From: Actinomycetota bacterium
Lineage (GTDB): Bacteria > Actinomycetota > Geothermincolia > Geothermincolales > RBG-13-55-18
Length of the DNA stretch: 64,000 bases
Assembly (NCBI GenBank): GCA_015711955.1
Contig: MU158684.1
Location: 11,815-75,814 of the forward strand
Direction of reading: 5' to 3'
A model generated the notes under the pieces. It was not told the origin of the DNA and did not search any database. It was given only the letters and a program-made list of their open reading frames with translations. The translations under genes were made by a program, and so were the position numbers. This document shows positions 18,300 through 29,777 of this stretch, piece after piece (position 1 is the first letter of the stretch; each line of letters begins with the position of its first letter).

Positions 18300-19184
18300 A
18301 TGAAAGGAAAGGAAGCTATTTCCATATACACAAAAGGGACGCGCCCGTCAACGCTCACTGCGCTTGTGGTACTCATGATCGGTCTCTCTCTGCTTTTGGT
18401 TTCCTGCGGGAATAGCTCCAGCGAGGGATTGCTCAGAAGGCAGCTTCCCGAGAACGCCACGCCGGAGAAGATCATGCTGGAGGCCCTGAAGGCCACCGAC
18501 GAGGCCAGGACCTTATCTTATTCCTTCCAGTACTCGCTGGTGATACCGCCTTACGGAGACAAGGCCTTCACCAGCGAGGTGAGGCTGGAGGGCGAGGGGC
18601 AATACGATGCCTTAAGCGGAAACGCCAAAATCCACGTCGGCTGGCCCGCCTTCGATACCGAGTTCGACTACGTGCTGTACGAGGGGAAGCCATATTTCAA
18701 ACCCAAGGACGGGCAGAAGTGGTACGAGATGCCCTCATCTACCCAGTTCACCTTTCCCAGCATCGCTGAGCTGACCCGGGATGCCGCCGAGTACATGAAA
18801 AACTTCCAGAAGATAACCAGAATGGCGGACGAAGCGGTGGGGGATAGGGAATGCTTTCATATCGCGCTGGTCCCCAACTTCGACGCCGTCTTGGAGAACG
18901 AGAGCTTCCTCAACGCGGTTTTCCCGGAGGGGACCTTGGACGAACAGGCCTTAAAGAGGCTTGCCGAGCTCAAGGAGAGGCTGCGCAGCGCCTCGATCAA
19001 TTACGAGTATTGGATCGACAAGGAATATCTGGTCTTGAGAAAGACCCATTACAGCGTGGAGCTAATGGAGCCGGGGGATGAGAAAAACCCTCCCTTCACC
19101 ATAAGGTTGGTCATGACCCTCTTCTTTCCCTCATACAACGTGGAGGTGAAGATCGAGAAGCCGCATCTCGTGGCCGCTTCTTGA
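18300..19184 (+). CDS. Lipoprotein (LppX/LprG/LolA-like fold suggested)
   Basis: Signal peptide with lipobox LLVSCGNSSSEG; repeated beta-strand-like body similar in pattern to the next gene. Confidence 0.7.
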   Translation: MKGKEAISIYTKGTRPSTLTALVVLMIGLSLLLVSCGNSSSEGLLRRQLPENATPEKIMLEALKATDEARTLSYSFQYSLVIPPYGDKAFTSEVRLEGEGQYDALSGNAKIHVGWPAFDTEFDYVLYEGKPYFKPKDGQKWYEMPSSTQFTFPSIAELTRDAAEYMKNFQKITRMADEAVGDRECFHIALVPNFDAVLENESFLNAVFPEGTLDEQALKRLAELKERLRSASINYEYWIDKEYLVLRKTHYSVELMEPGDEKNPPFTIRLVMTLFFPSYNVEVKIEKPHLVAAS

Positions 19185-19223
19185 CGGCCTGCGGAGAGTA
19201 GAGGAGGAAAAGGAGTGGATCCC

Positions 19224-20057
19224 ATGCAATACGCTGGAAAGCGGTGGGGCGAAAAAGCAAAAGCCGTGATGCTTGCTGCCGTTATCTTTCCCCTCGTTGC
19301 CTGTCTTGTGGCCGGGGGTTGTGGAGGCGAGAAGGCGGATCCCGTGGGAGCGTTTCAGATAGCCGCTTCCGCCCTGAGGGAAACCACCACCGTGCATGTC
19401 CAGGTGGAAGGGGAGCTCTCCCCCAGGGAAGGTGACAGGAGAAGCTCCTATCCGTTCCAAGGGGACCTTTGGATGGACGTGACCTCCAGATCCCTGGAGG
19501 CGAGAATGGTCCTTCTGGGCATGGAGCTGATGGCCCGTTACGTGAGAGGCGAGGCTTTCCTGCAATGGGGTGGAAAGTGGTTCTCGTTGCCCCAGGAGGG
19601 AAGCGGCGTACTGAGCCGGGAGAAACTCGGGGCGGCGGTGGAGGCGTTCTTCGCCTTGCCTCATTTGCTCTCCTGGGCGGAGGCCGAGCCGGCGGGGGAG
19701 GGCGAGGCGGGATCCTTCAAAGTTTACTACCTGGACCTGCGCATCGATTACCGGAAATTGGAGGAGAGGGAGGAGTTCCTGAACCTGGTGGAGGCGATGG
19801 GTAAAAGCCCGGCGGATTTGGTGATGATGCTCGAGGGCATGAACCCAAGGATTCGGGTGGGGGTCGAGAAGAAGGAGAAGGTCCTGCGGGAAGTGGACGT
19901 GGAGCTGGACATTGAAACGAAAGAACCGATAAGGGTGGGCGGTATGATCACCCTTCCCCCTAATCTGAGGTTTAAGATGAGGGGCTTCTTCCCCGAGTTC
20001 GGGATGGAAGTGAAGGTGGTACCTCCCTCGCAGGCGGAACCCTTCCGGGGCTTCTGA
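19224..20057 (+). CDS. Lipoprotein, likely same superfamily as upstream neighbour
   Basis: Signal peptide with lipobox LVAGGCGGEK; ...VHVQVEGELSP...LWMDVTSRSLEARMVLLG... Confidence 0.7.
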   Translation: MQYAGKRWGEKAKAVMLAAVIFPLVACLVAGGCGGEKADPVGAFQIAASALRETTTVHVQVEGELSPREGDRRSSYPFQGDLWMDVTSRSLEARMVLLGMELMARYVRGEAFLQWGGKWFSLPQEGSGVLSREKLGAAVEAFFALPHLLSWAEAEPAGEGEAGSFKVYYLDLRIDYRKLEEREEFLNLVEAMGKSPADLVMMLEGMNPRIRVGVEKKEKVLREVDVELDIETKEPIRVGGMITLPPNLRFKMRGFFPEFGMEVKVVPPSQAEPFRGF

Positions 20058-20086
20058 AGACTTCTGGTAGAATAGCGAAAAGATGC

Positions 20087-20113
20087 CCAGGGCTTGCCAT
20101 CGCCCTGGTTTTT
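20087..20113 (+). terminator. Rho-independent terminator
   Basis: CCAGGGC-TTGCCATC-GCCCTGG followed by TTTTT. Confidence 0.8.
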
Positions 20114-20191
20114 CGGTCGGAGGGAAGCCTGCGCCTCTGAGATGTCACTCGGGCAATTCGGCCTTTCCAGGATGAAAGGAGAGATCGGGTT

Positions 20192-21076
<885 letters not shown>

Positions 21077-23158
21077 ATGGCCGAGGACCTTCTTTTCGAG
21101 ATAGGGACGGAGGAGCTGCCTTGGGGAGCGGTCCAGGACGGGAGGGTCCAACTCCGCGAGAACGCCATGGCCATCCTGAATCGGGAGAGGTTGGAATATA
21201 ATTCCATGGAAATATATTCCACTCCCCGAAGGTTGACCTTGTACGTGAGGGGGCTTTCTGAAAGGCAGAGGGACGAGATCAAGGCCATAAAGGGCCCTTC
21301 CAAGAAAGCGGCATTCGACGAAGAAGGCAGGCCTACCCGAGCGGCCGAGGGTTTTGCCCGTTCCCGAGGGGTGAGGGTGGAGGACCTGGAGGTGCGCAGC
21401 ACCGAGAAGGGAGATTTCGTCTTCGCTGTGGTCAGGGAAGAGGGCAAGCCCACCCGCGAGGTGCTGCCCAGGCTGTTGGAGGAGATAATGCGCTCCTTCA
21501 ATTTCCGCAAATCCATGCGCTGGGGAGAGCGGGATTTCCGTTTCGCTCGGCCAGTGCGTTGGTTGGTGGCCCTTTACGGAGATCAGGTCCTGGACTTCGA
21601 GTTCGAGGGTATAAGGGCTGGGAACGTGACCAGGGGTCGCCGGTTCCACGGCCCCTCCCGCATAACCATAAAGAGGCCGGGTGATTACCTAGCGTCACTG
21701 CGAGAGGCGGGCATCCTCGCCGATCAGGAGGAGAGGAAAAAGGCCGTGAGGGAGGGCATGGAAAAGGCGGCATCCCAGGCGGGACTCGTTCCCGTGCCTG
21801 CCCCGGAGACCTTCGAAGAGGTGGTGGATCTGGTGGAAGCCCCCAGCGCGGTCTTGGGGGAGTTCGACAGGAAGTATCTAAGGCTCCCCAGAGAGGTCCT
21901 CTTTACCGCCATGCAGGAACACCAGAGATATTTCCCCACCCTGACCCAGGAAGGCCAGGTGGCTCCGGCTTTCGTCTTCGTTCACAACGGCGACCCGAGG
22001 TTCAACGAGGTGATAAAGGAGGGCAACGAGAGGGTTCTCAAGGCTAGGCTGGAAGATGCTTCCTTTTTCTTCCAGGAAGACAGGAAAAGGACCCTGGAGG
22101 AGCGGCTCGAAGATCTTAAGCAAGTGGTGTGGCAGGCAAGGCTCGGAACCCTCTACGAGAAGAGCCTTCGACTTTCCCGGCTGGCGGCCCACATAGCGGA
22201 TTTGGCTCACATGGGAAACGAGATCAGGGAAAAAGCCTCCCGCGCCGGGCTGCTATGCAAGGCCGACTTGGTCACCTCCATGGTGGTGGAGTTCCCCTCC
22301 CTCCAAGGCGTCATGGGGAGGATATACGCATTGGATAGCGGGGAGGACGAGGAAGTGGCCAAGGCTATCGAGGAACATTACCTGCCGAGGTGGTCGGGCG
22401 ACTGGCTTCCGGAGACCAGGGCCGGGGCCGTGTTGTCCCTGGCGGAAAAGTTCGACAACCTGGTGGGGTGTTTCTCCGTGGGCTTGACGCCCAGTGGGTC
22501 GGAGGATCCCTATGCCCTCCGCCGGCAGGCGGCGGGCGTCCTACAGGTCATCCGCCAGTCTGGCCTCCACTTGGACCTGGAGAAAGCCTTAGAAAGGGCC
22601 GCTGGCCTTCTGGGGTTGGAGAACCCCACGGCCGTCTTGGAACAGGTGGGCGATTTCCTACGGCAGAGATTTCGCCAACTCCTCATAGGGGAAGGGCATG
22701 ACTACGACCTGGTGGATGCGGTTCTCCCCTTCGCCTTGAAGGACGCGTTGGATGCGCAAGGAAGGCTCGAGGCCTTGGCGGAGGCGAGAAGGGAGGGTCG
22801 GCTGCAGAGGATCTACACCGGGTTCGAGAGGTGTTTCAACCTGTCCCGGCAGGGCTCGGAAAGGGCACTGGACGAGGGACTGCTGGTGGAGCCGGCGGAG
22901 AGGGAGCTGTACTCCCGCCTCACGTGGTCGCAAGAACCGCTCAGGCACTACCTGGACGAGTCCGAGTACTCGAAGGCCCTGGATGTACTCTTAGAACTGG
23001 CTCCCTACGTGGATCGCTTCTTCGCCGAGATATTCGTTATGGGTGATGATGAGGTGATGAAAGGGAACCGGTTGGCCCTCTTGCGGGAGGTGGTCTCCCT
23101 GTACCTTTGCTACGCCGATTTCTCCCGGGTGGTGACCGAAGGTAGAGGGTCGGCTTGA
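21077..23158 (+). CDS. glyS: Glycine--tRNA ligase beta subunit
   Basis: LLFEIGTEELPWGAVQ ... MRWGERDFRFARPVRWLVALYG ... HQRYFPTLT; adjacent to glyQ. Confidence 0.97.
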   Translation: MAEDLLFEIGTEELPWGAVQDGRVQLRENAMAILNRERLEYNSMEIYSTPRRLTLYVRGLSERQRDEIKAIKGPSKKAAFDEEGRPTRAAEGFARSRGVRVEDLEVRSTEKGDFVFAVVREEGKPTREVLPRLLEEIMRSFNFRKSMRWGERDFRFARPVRWLVALYGDQVLDFEFEGIRAGNVTRGRRFHGPSRITIKRPGDYLASLREAGILADQEERKKAVREGMEKAASQAGLVPVPAPETFEEVVDLVEAPSAVLGEFDRKYLRLPREVLFTAMQEHQRYFPTLTQEGQVAPAFVFVHNGDPRFNEVIKEGNERVLKARLEDASFFFQEDRKRTLEERLEDLKQVVWQARLGTLYEKSLRLSRLAAHIADLAHMGNEIREKASRAGLLCKADLVTSMVVEFPSLQGVMGRIYALDSGEDEEVAKAIEEHYLPRWSGDWLPETRAGAVLSLAEKFDNLVGCFSVGLTPSGSEDPYALRRQAAGVLQVIRQSGLHLDLEKALERAAGLLGLENPTAVLEQVGDFLRQRFRQLLIGEGHDYDLVDAVLPFALKDALDAQGRLEALAEARREGRLQRIYTGFERCFNLSRQGSERALDEGLLVEPAERELYSRLTWSQEPLRHYLDESEYSKALDVLLELAPYVDRFFAEIFVMGDDEVMKGNRLALLREVVSLYLCYADFSRVVTEGRGSA

Positions 23159-23346
23159 GGGAGCTCGATGGAGATGTGAAGTCGAAACCCAAACCCGACA
23201 CTGGAAAAGGGTGTGTCGATGGCCGAGGGATGGGTAAATAAGAGATATGATCTTCCGGAGAAGGGCGGGAAAACGACACGCGTTTCTCGTTTCAGGAAGG
23301 GGATTACGTGGAAAAGGACCGGTGGTCTGTGGAAGGAGGAAGTCCT

Positions 23347-26001
23347 ATGGCTGTGAAGTACGTTTACGACTTCGACGAAGGAAACGCGGCCATGAAGGAT
23401 CTCCTGGGAGGCAAGGGTTCTAACCTGGCGGAGATGACCAGGCTGGGACTTCCCGTGCCCCCCGGATTCACCATCACCACCGAGGCCTGTCGCTTCTATT
23501 CCCGGGAGAGCAGGTATCCCGATGGGTTGGAGGAGGAGGTGAGGGAGCACCTCCGCCGCCTCGAGGAGAAGATGGGCAAGAAACTGGGCGACCCGAAAGA
23601 CCCTCTTCTGGTCTCCGTCCGTTCCGGGGCCAAGATCTCCATGCCCGGGATGATGGACACCGTGCTCAACTTGGGCCTCAACGACGAGTCGGTGCAGGGC
23701 CTGGCGGAGCAGACCGGCGACGAGAGGTTCGCCTACGACGCCTACCGTCGCTTCATCCAGATGTTCGCCGACATCGTGATGGGGGTTGACCGCTCGTTGT
23801 TCGAGCGAGAGATCGAGAGGAAAAAGGAGGAAAAGGGAATCAAGCTGGATGTGGAGCTTTCCGCCGATGACTGGAAGGACTTGGTGGATAGGTTCAAGGC
23901 CATAGTTAGGGAACATGCAGGCCGCGACTTCCCCTCTGACCCCTGGGAGCAGCTGGACCTGGCCATCAAAGCGGTCTTCCGTTCCTGGGACAACCCCCGG
24001 GCCAAGACCTACAGGAAGCAATACGACATTCCTGAGGACCTGGGGACGGCGGTGAACGTGCAGGCGATGGTCTTCGGGAACAAGGGCGACGAATCGGGCA
24101 CCGGCGTGTGCTTCACCCGTGACCCTTCCACCGGCGAGAAGCGGCCCTTCGGGGAATATCTGATCAACGCCCAGGGGGAGGACGTGGTGGCAGGTATCCG
24201 CACCCCCAAGCGCTTGGAGGAACTGGAAAAGGAGATGCCCGAGCTGTACCGGCAGCTCACGGAGATGATGGACAAGCTTGAGAGACACTATCGCGACATG
24301 CAGGACATAGAATTCACCATCGAGCAGGGCAAGCTCTACCTGCTCCAGACCAGGACCGGGAAGCGCACCGCGGCCGCAGCGCTGAAGATCGCAGTGGACA
24401 TGGTGGAAGAGGGCCTCATCAGCAAGGAGGAGGCGGTGGCCCGGGTACAGCCCGAACAGCTGGATCAGCTGCTTCATCCAAGGCTGGACCCCAACGCCGA
24501 GTACGACGTCATCGCCAAAGGACTGCCTGCTTCACCGGGAGCGGCGGTGGGAGAGGTGGTTTTCGACGCCGACACCGCCGAGGTGAGGGGCTCTCGTGGA
24601 GAGAAGGTCATCTTGGTGAGGTGGGAGACCACCCCCGACGACATCCACGGCATAATCAAAGCTCAGGGGGTGCTCACCAGCCACGGGGGCATGACCAGCC
24701 ACGCTGCGGTAGTGGCCCGGGGTATGGGGAAGCCCTGCGTTTGTGGGGCGGAAGCCATCAAGATCAACCAGGCCGAGAGGATATTCGAGGTGGATGGCCT
24801 GGTAGTGCGGGAAGGCGACGTCATCACCATAGACGGCACCTCCGGGAAGGTGATCCTGGGAGAGGTCAAGCTCATCGAGCCGCAGGTGGACGAGAACCTG
24901 GAGAAGATACTGGCCTGGGCCCATGAGATCCGCCGTCTGGACGTGAGGACCAACGCCGACACCCCAGAGGATGCCCGGCGTGCCCGGGATTTCGGCGCTC
25001 ACGGCATAGGCCTGTGCCGGATCGAGCACATGCTCATCGGGGAGGAGAGGCTGCCCATAGTTCGCCGGATGATCCTGGCGGAGACTCCCGAGGAGCGCAG
25101 ACAGGCTTTGGAGGAGCTGGAGCCCTACCTGAGGAAAGACTTCCGGGAGATCCTGGAGGCCATGGACGGCTATCCGGTGACCATAAGGCTGTTGGACCCC
25201 CCACTGCATGAGTTCCTGCCCCGGGAGTCGGACCTTCGTGTGGAATTGGTGGAGCTCAGGCATGTACCGGGAGACCGGGACGAGCTGGAAGCGAAGGAGA
25301 AACTGTACGCCCGGGTGAGGGCGGAGACGGAGGCCAACCCCATGCTGGGCTTGAGGGGCTGCCGACTGGGCGTGACCATGGAGGGGGTAACCGAGATGCA
25401 GGTGAGGGCCATTGTGGGAGCAGCCTGCGAGCTAAAAAAGGAAGGCAAGGATCCGCGGCCGGAGATCATGGTCCCCTTGGTGGCGTTCCGGAGGGAGCTG
25501 GAGATAGAAAAGGAGAAGATCCTCAAGGTCGCCCGGGAGGTCCAGGAGGATATGGGAGTTCAGGTGGAGTTCTCGGTGGGGACCATGATAGAGCTGCCCA
25601 GGGCGGCCCTCACCGCCGACGAGATAGCCGAGGTGGCGGAGTTCTTCTCCTTCGGCACCAACGACCTGACCCAGACCACCTTGGGGTTCAGCCGGGACGA
25701 CGCAGAGGCCAAATTCCTGCCGGCTTATCTTGACAAGGGAATACTCAAGGAGAACCCCTTCCAGACCCTGGACGTGGATGGGGTGGGGAAACTCGTCCGC
25801 ATGGCCTGTGAGCAGGGACGGAAATCAAATCCCTCCTTGAAGCTGGGCATATGCGGGGAGCACGGGGGTGACCCAAAGAGCATCCGTTTCTGTCACGATG
25901 TGGGGCTGGATTACGTGAGCTGCTCCCCCTTCCGGGTGCCGGTGGCCATACTGGCCGCCGCTCACGCGGCCCTGGGAGATGTGCAGGACGCCACCAAATG
26001 A
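23347..26001 (+). CDS. ppdK: Pyruvate, phosphate dikinase
   Basis: KYVYDFDEGNAAMKDLLGGKGSNLAEMTRLGLPVPPGFTITTEAC; GVLTSHGGMTSHAAVVARGMGKPCVCGA; SFGTNDLTQTTLGFSRDD. Confidence 0.97.
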   Translation: MAVKYVYDFDEGNAAMKDLLGGKGSNLAEMTRLGLPVPPGFTITTEACRFYSRESRYPDGLEEEVREHLRRLEEKMGKKLGDPKDPLLVSVRSGAKISMPGMMDTVLNLGLNDESVQGLAEQTGDERFAYDAYRRFIQMFADIVMGVDRSLFEREIERKKEEKGIKLDVELSADDWKDLVDRFKAIVREHAGRDFPSDPWEQLDLAIKAVFRSWDNPRAKTYRKQYDIPEDLGTAVNVQAMVFGNKGDESGTGVCFTRDPSTGEKRPFGEYLINAQGEDVVAGIRTPKRLEELEKEMPELYRQLTEMMDKLERHYRDMQDIEFTIEQGKLYLLQTRTGKRTAAAALKIAVDMVEEGLISKEEAVARVQPEQLDQLLHPRLDPNAEYDVIAKGLPASPGAAVGEVVFDADTAEVRGSRGEKVILVRWETTPDDIHGIIKAQGVLTSHGGMTSHAAVVARGMGKPCVCGAEAIKINQAERIFEVDGLVVREGDVITIDGTSGKVILGEVKLIEPQVDENLEKILAWAHEIRRLDVRTNADTPEDARRARDFGAHGIGLCRIEHMLIGEERLPIVRRMILAETPEERRQALEELEPYLRKDFREILEAMDGYPVTIRLLDPPLHEFLPRESDLRVELVELRHVPGDRDELEAKEKLYARVRAETEANPMLGLRGCRLGVTMEGVTEMQVRAIVGAACELKKEGKDPRPEIMVPLVAFRRELEIEKEKILKVAREVQEDMGVQVEFSVGTMIELPRAALTADEIAEVAEFFSFGTNDLTQTTLGFSRDDAEAKFLPAYLDKGILKENPFQTLDVDGVGKLVRMACEQGRKSNPSLKLGICGEHGGDPKSIRFCHDVGLDYVSCSPFRVPVAILAAAHAALGDVQDATK

Positions 26002-26119
26002 TAACCGTGGATTGGCCGGGCTTTTCCGCCCGTACGATCTAGTGGGTATAGTGTCACCGGAGGAGGCTTTTGGAGCTCTCCTCCGGGTTTGTTGTTGTCC
26101 ACGAAGGGAGGTGATGGGC

Positions 26120-26716
26120 ATGTACATCTTGGCGGTGAACGGTAGTCCTCACGCCGACGGCAACACCGCCCGGTTGCTGCAGGAGGTGATCGAGGCCGCC
26201 AAGGAGGAGGGCGTGGAGGGAAGGACGCTTCAAGTGATGGAGGTGGTCAAGGGACAGGAGATGCCCTTCTGCGTGGCCTGCAGCAGCCCGTGTCGGGAGA
26301 TATGCCATGAGAAACATCCCGCCCTCGCGGAGGCCTGCCGGCTCTTGGAGGAGGCTTCGGCGGTGGTCCTGGGAAGTCCTGTTTATTTTGGCACCGTGAC
26401 TGCCCAATTGAAGGCGTTTTGGGATAAGACCCGGGCCATACGGTCTCGCCGCTCCCTGGTGGGCAAACCCGCAGGCGCAGTGGCGGTGGGCGCCTCTCGC
26501 TTTGGGGGTCAAGAAACCACCGTAAGGGCTCTCCACGATATGCTTTTGATCCAGGGGATGACGGTGGTGGGTGAGGGCACGGAGGACAGCGACGCCGGAC
26601 ACCAGGGAGTGTGCGCCCAGCGTCCCGCCGTCGAGGACTCCTATGCCCTGGAGAGGGCGAGGATATTGGGAAAGAGACTGGCCTTGGAGGTAAAACATAG
26701 GGGGGTAACGTCCTGA
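26120..26716 (+). CDS. NAD(P)H-dependent oxidoreductase / flavodoxin-like FMN reductase family
   Basis: MYILAVNGSPHADGNTARLLQEVIEAAKEEG...FCVACSSPCREIC...VVLGSPVYFGTVTAQLKAFWDKT; GGGAGGTGAT SD before ATG 26120. Confidence 0.85.
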   Translation: MYILAVNGSPHADGNTARLLQEVIEAAKEEGVEGRTLQVMEVVKGQEMPFCVACSSPCREICHEKHPALAEACRLLEEASAVVLGSPVYFGTVTAQLKAFWDKTRAIRSRRSLVGKPAGAVAVGASRFGGQETTVRALHDMLLIQGMTVVGEGTEDSDAGHQGVCAQRPAVEDSYALERARILGKRLALEVKHRGVTS

Positions 26717-26718
26717 TC

Positions 26719-27723
26719 ATGGGCGTCCGGGAGGACATTGAGGAGCTGGAGGAGCGCTGGCTCTCGCCCTTTGCGGTGCGCAGCCGGGAGAGCAGGGGAA
26801 GGGTCAGACCGGAAGAACCGGATCCCCTGCGCACATGCTTCATGCGGGATCGGGATCGGATCATCCACAGCAAGGCCTTCCGCCGCCTGAAACACAAGAC
26901 CCAGGTGTTCCTCGCCCCCGAGGGAGACCATTACCGTACCCGACTGACCCATACTCTCGAGGTCAGCCAGATTTCCCGTACCATAGCCCGGGCGCTGCGT
27001 CTCAATGAGGATCTCACGGAGGCCATCGCCTTGGGGCACGACCTGGGCCACACTCCTTTCGGTCACATAGGGGAGGAGGCCTTCAAGGACCTGACCCCCA
27101 GGCCTTTTCGCCACAACGAGCAGAGCCTGCGGGTGGTGGACAGGCTGGAGTACGGGGGGAAGGGACTCAACCTCACCTGGGAGGTGAGGGACGGTATATT
27201 GCATCACACCGGTTCCAGTCCCCTTCCTTCCACCCTGGAGGGGAGGATCGTGAGGATAGCCGACCGGATCGCCTATGTCAATCACGACGTGGACGACGCC
27301 ATAAGAGCGGGCATCCTCACCGAAAAGGACCTGCCCCGTTCCACTGTGGAAGTTCTGGGCAGGCATCACAGCCAGAGGATCGACACCTTGGTGAGGGACA
27401 TCGTGAGGGAGAGCGCGGGCAAGCCAGACATCCTCATGAGCCCGGAGGTCGCCGCCGCCCTAAATGAACTGCGAGATTTCCTGTTCCAACGGGTTTACGT
27501 CGGTTCCGTGGCCAAGCAGGAGGAGGAAAAAGCGGTGATCGTGCTGAGGAGCCTCTTCTCCTATTATCTGGAACACCCGGAGGAGATGCCCGAGGAGTTC
27601 CGTAGGGGAGATGAGGAGCTCAGTGTGAGGGTCTGCGATTACGTGGCGGGGATGACCGATCGATATGCCCTGCGCAAATACCAGGAGATCTTCCTGCCCA
27701 AGGTCTGGGTGGGGGACCTCTGA
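26719..27723 (+). CDS. dgt: Deoxyguanosinetriphosphate triphosphohydrolase-like protein
   Basis: RDRIIHSKAFRRLKHKTQVFLAPEGDHYRTRLTHTLEVSQISRTIARALRLNEDLTEAIALGHDLGHTPFGHIGE. Confidence 0.95.
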   Translation: MGVREDIEELEERWLSPFAVRSRESRGRVRPEEPDPLRTCFMRDRDRIIHSKAFRRLKHKTQVFLAPEGDHYRTRLTHTLEVSQISRTIARALRLNEDLTEAIALGHDLGHTPFGHIGEEAFKDLTPRPFRHNEQSLRVVDRLEYGGKGLNLTWEVRDGILHHTGSSPLPSTLEGRIVRIADRIAYVNHDVDDAIRAGILTEKDLPRSTVEVLGRHHSQRIDTLVRDIVRESAGKPDILMSPEVAAALNELRDFLFQRVYVGSVAKQEEEKAVIVLRSLFSYYLEHPEEMPEEFRRGDEELSVRVCDYVAGMTDRYALRKYQEIFLPKVWVGDL

Positions 27724-27894
27724 TGCCGCGCGGGCGGGTTCGCCGTCTGGGTCCGACTCGGTCCTCGGAGATCAGTAAACTTATGTCCTGCGGTGGTTTT
27801 CGAGTGCCGGGGCGTCCTTTTACCAGAATCACAGCGAGGGCCTGGTCGAAGACGCTGGCGCCTGTCGCGGTTCTCGAGGGGTGAGGGATCGGTA

Positions 27895-29718
27895 ATGGCA
27901 GGAGGAAGGATCAAAGAGGAGGATATAGACGCCCTGCGCGAGAGGGTGGATATAGTGGACGTGATCTCCGATTACGTCCAACTCAAGAAGGCGGGCAGGT
28001 TATTCAAGGGACTTTGCCCGTTCCATTCCGAGAAGACCCCTTCTTTCATGGTCGATCCCCAGAAGCAGCTTTACCACTGTTTCGGCTGCGGGGAGGGGGG
28101 AAACGTTTACACGTTCCTCATGAGGAAGGAGGGACTCGATTTTCGGGAGGCGGTGGAGAGGCTGGCCTCCCGAGTAGGTTTTCCTCTTCGGTACGAGGGT
28201 TCTCAGGCCAGCCGAAAGGAAGGGGAGCGGGAACGCCTGTTCCGGATCAACGAATGGGCGGCGGAGGTGTATCACCGGCTGCTCGTGGAGGACCCAGCCG
28301 GCGCCCCGGGGAGGGAATACCTGGAGCGGCGGGGGTTCGGGGAAGAGGCGGTGAAGGCCTTCCGGATCGGCTATTCCCCTCCCCAGTGGGATTTCCTCTA
28401 CCGCCGGGCCGTACAAAAGGGGTTCGGCGTGGCCGATTTCATCCGCTCCGGCCTGGGTGTGCGCAGCGAGAAGGGTGCTTACGACCGTTTCCGGGGCAGG
28501 CTGATCTTCCCCATCCTGGATCTGCAGGGCAGGGTGGTGGCCTTCGGAGGAAGGTTGGTGGGGGAGGGCCAGCCGAAATACCTCAACTCCCCAGAGACCC
28601 CTGTTTACGTGAAGTCCAGGCACCTTTACGGCCTTTTCCAGGCCAGGAGGGAGATTGTCCAGGCGGGATACGCCCTCCTGGTGGAGGGATACACCGACGT
28701 GATAGCCCTGTGGCAGGCGGGGATACGTAACGCGGTGGCCACCCTGGGCACGGCTCTGGGGGAGGAACATCTTAGGGTGCTCTCCCGATTCACCGAAAAG
28801 ATACTCTTGGCCTTTGACGCGGACTCGGCGGGACTGTCCGCCAGCTTGAGGGCTCTTCAGTTCGGTGACCAGTTCAACCTGGACCTCCGGGTGGTGGCCT
28901 TGGACCGAGGCACCGATCCCGCCGATTTCGTGGCTCAAAGAGGAGCGGAGGAGTTCCTGCGCAGGGCGAGGGAGAGCGAGCCCTTGATGGATTATTCGGT
29001 GCGCACCACGCTGGAGAGATTCGATCCCAGGGACACCAACGCCAGGAACCGGGGAGTGATGACCGCCCTCAGGCTGCTGGCCAGCTGGGGCAATCCTTTG
29101 ATGGTCGAGCCACAACTGAAGGCGGTGGCCGATTGGGCGGGACTGGATTACCGTGGCGTCTTTCAGTCTTATCTCGCCATGACGAAGGGCGGACGGGAGC
29201 AAGGGGTTCCGGCGAGACTCGTTGTCGACCCTCAGGTGCGGGTAGAGCGGGAACTTTTGAGCCTCATCTTCCATCATCCATACCTGCTGGAGAAGGCTTC
29301 CCTGGAGGTGGGGGAAGACCTGATCGCCGAGGTGGAGAATAGGGTCCTTTGGAGGGCCTTAGTGGAAGCGTACCACTCCGGTGCGTGGGGCGCGTCCGGT
29401 TCAGGGGACAGAGAAAGCCATTGCTCGGCGTTCTTGGACGAGTTGGAGGAAAGGCCGAGAAAACTAGCCACCAGTTTAATTTTTAGCGGAAGCGGGAAAT
29501 TTGATAGAATGGGGAAAGACGAGGCGAATTTGTTGTACAATGACATATTGGTTTCCCTGAAGGAATTCCACATCCAGCGTCTAATAAGAGAGAAGAGACG
29601 CGAGCTGGCACGCTTGGCAGCATCCCCGCACCGGGATCACGAGAAAGAACGAGAGATCAGCGAGGAGATATTCGCCCTTGAACGCTTGAGAAGGGAACTC
29701 CGTGCCCTCAGGGCTTAA
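27895..29718 (+). CDS. dnaG: DNA primase
   Basis: DIVDVISDYVQLKKAGRLFKGLCPFHSEKTPSFMVDPQKQLYHCFGCGEGGNVYTFL (zinc-binding) and Toprim region LLVEGYTDVIALWQAGI; start set at ATG 27895. Confidence 0.95.
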   Translation: MAGGRIKEEDIDALRERVDIVDVISDYVQLKKAGRLFKGLCPFHSEKTPSFMVDPQKQLYHCFGCGEGGNVYTFLMRKEGLDFREAVERLASRVGFPLRYEGSQASRKEGERERLFRINEWAAEVYHRLLVEDPAGAPGREYLERRGFGEEAVKAFRIGYSPPQWDFLYRRAVQKGFGVADFIRSGLGVRSEKGAYDRFRGRLIFPILDLQGRVVAFGGRLVGEGQPKYLNSPETPVYVKSRHLYGLFQARREIVQAGYALLVEGYTDVIALWQAGIRNAVATLGTALGEEHLRVLSRFTEKILLAFDADSAGLSASLRALQFGDQFNLDLRVVALDRGTDPADFVAQRGAEEFLRRARESEPLMDYSVRTTLERFDPRDTNARNRGVMTALRLLASWGNPLMVEPQLKAVADWAGLDYRGVFQSYLAMTKGGREQGVPARLVVDPQVRVERELLSLIFHHPYLLEKASLEVGEDLIAEVENRVLWRALVEAYHSGAWGASGSGDRESHCSAFLDELEERPRKLATSLIFSGSGKFDRMGKDEANLLYNDILVSLKEFHIQRLIREKRRELARLAASPHRDHEKEREISEEIFALERLRRELRALRA

Positions 29719-29777
29719 AGCCTTAAAACCAAGCCATCGATTTAAACTGTGAAAATCTGCGTGAAGGTGATCGGAAG

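Noticed and set aside
20058-20191. T-box riboswitch upstream of glyQS
   Set aside because: No AGGGTGGNACCGCG-like T-box sequence found; only a terminator for the preceding gene.
23110-24477. 455-aa minus-strand ORF
   Set aside because: Antisense to ppdK, no recognisable domain.
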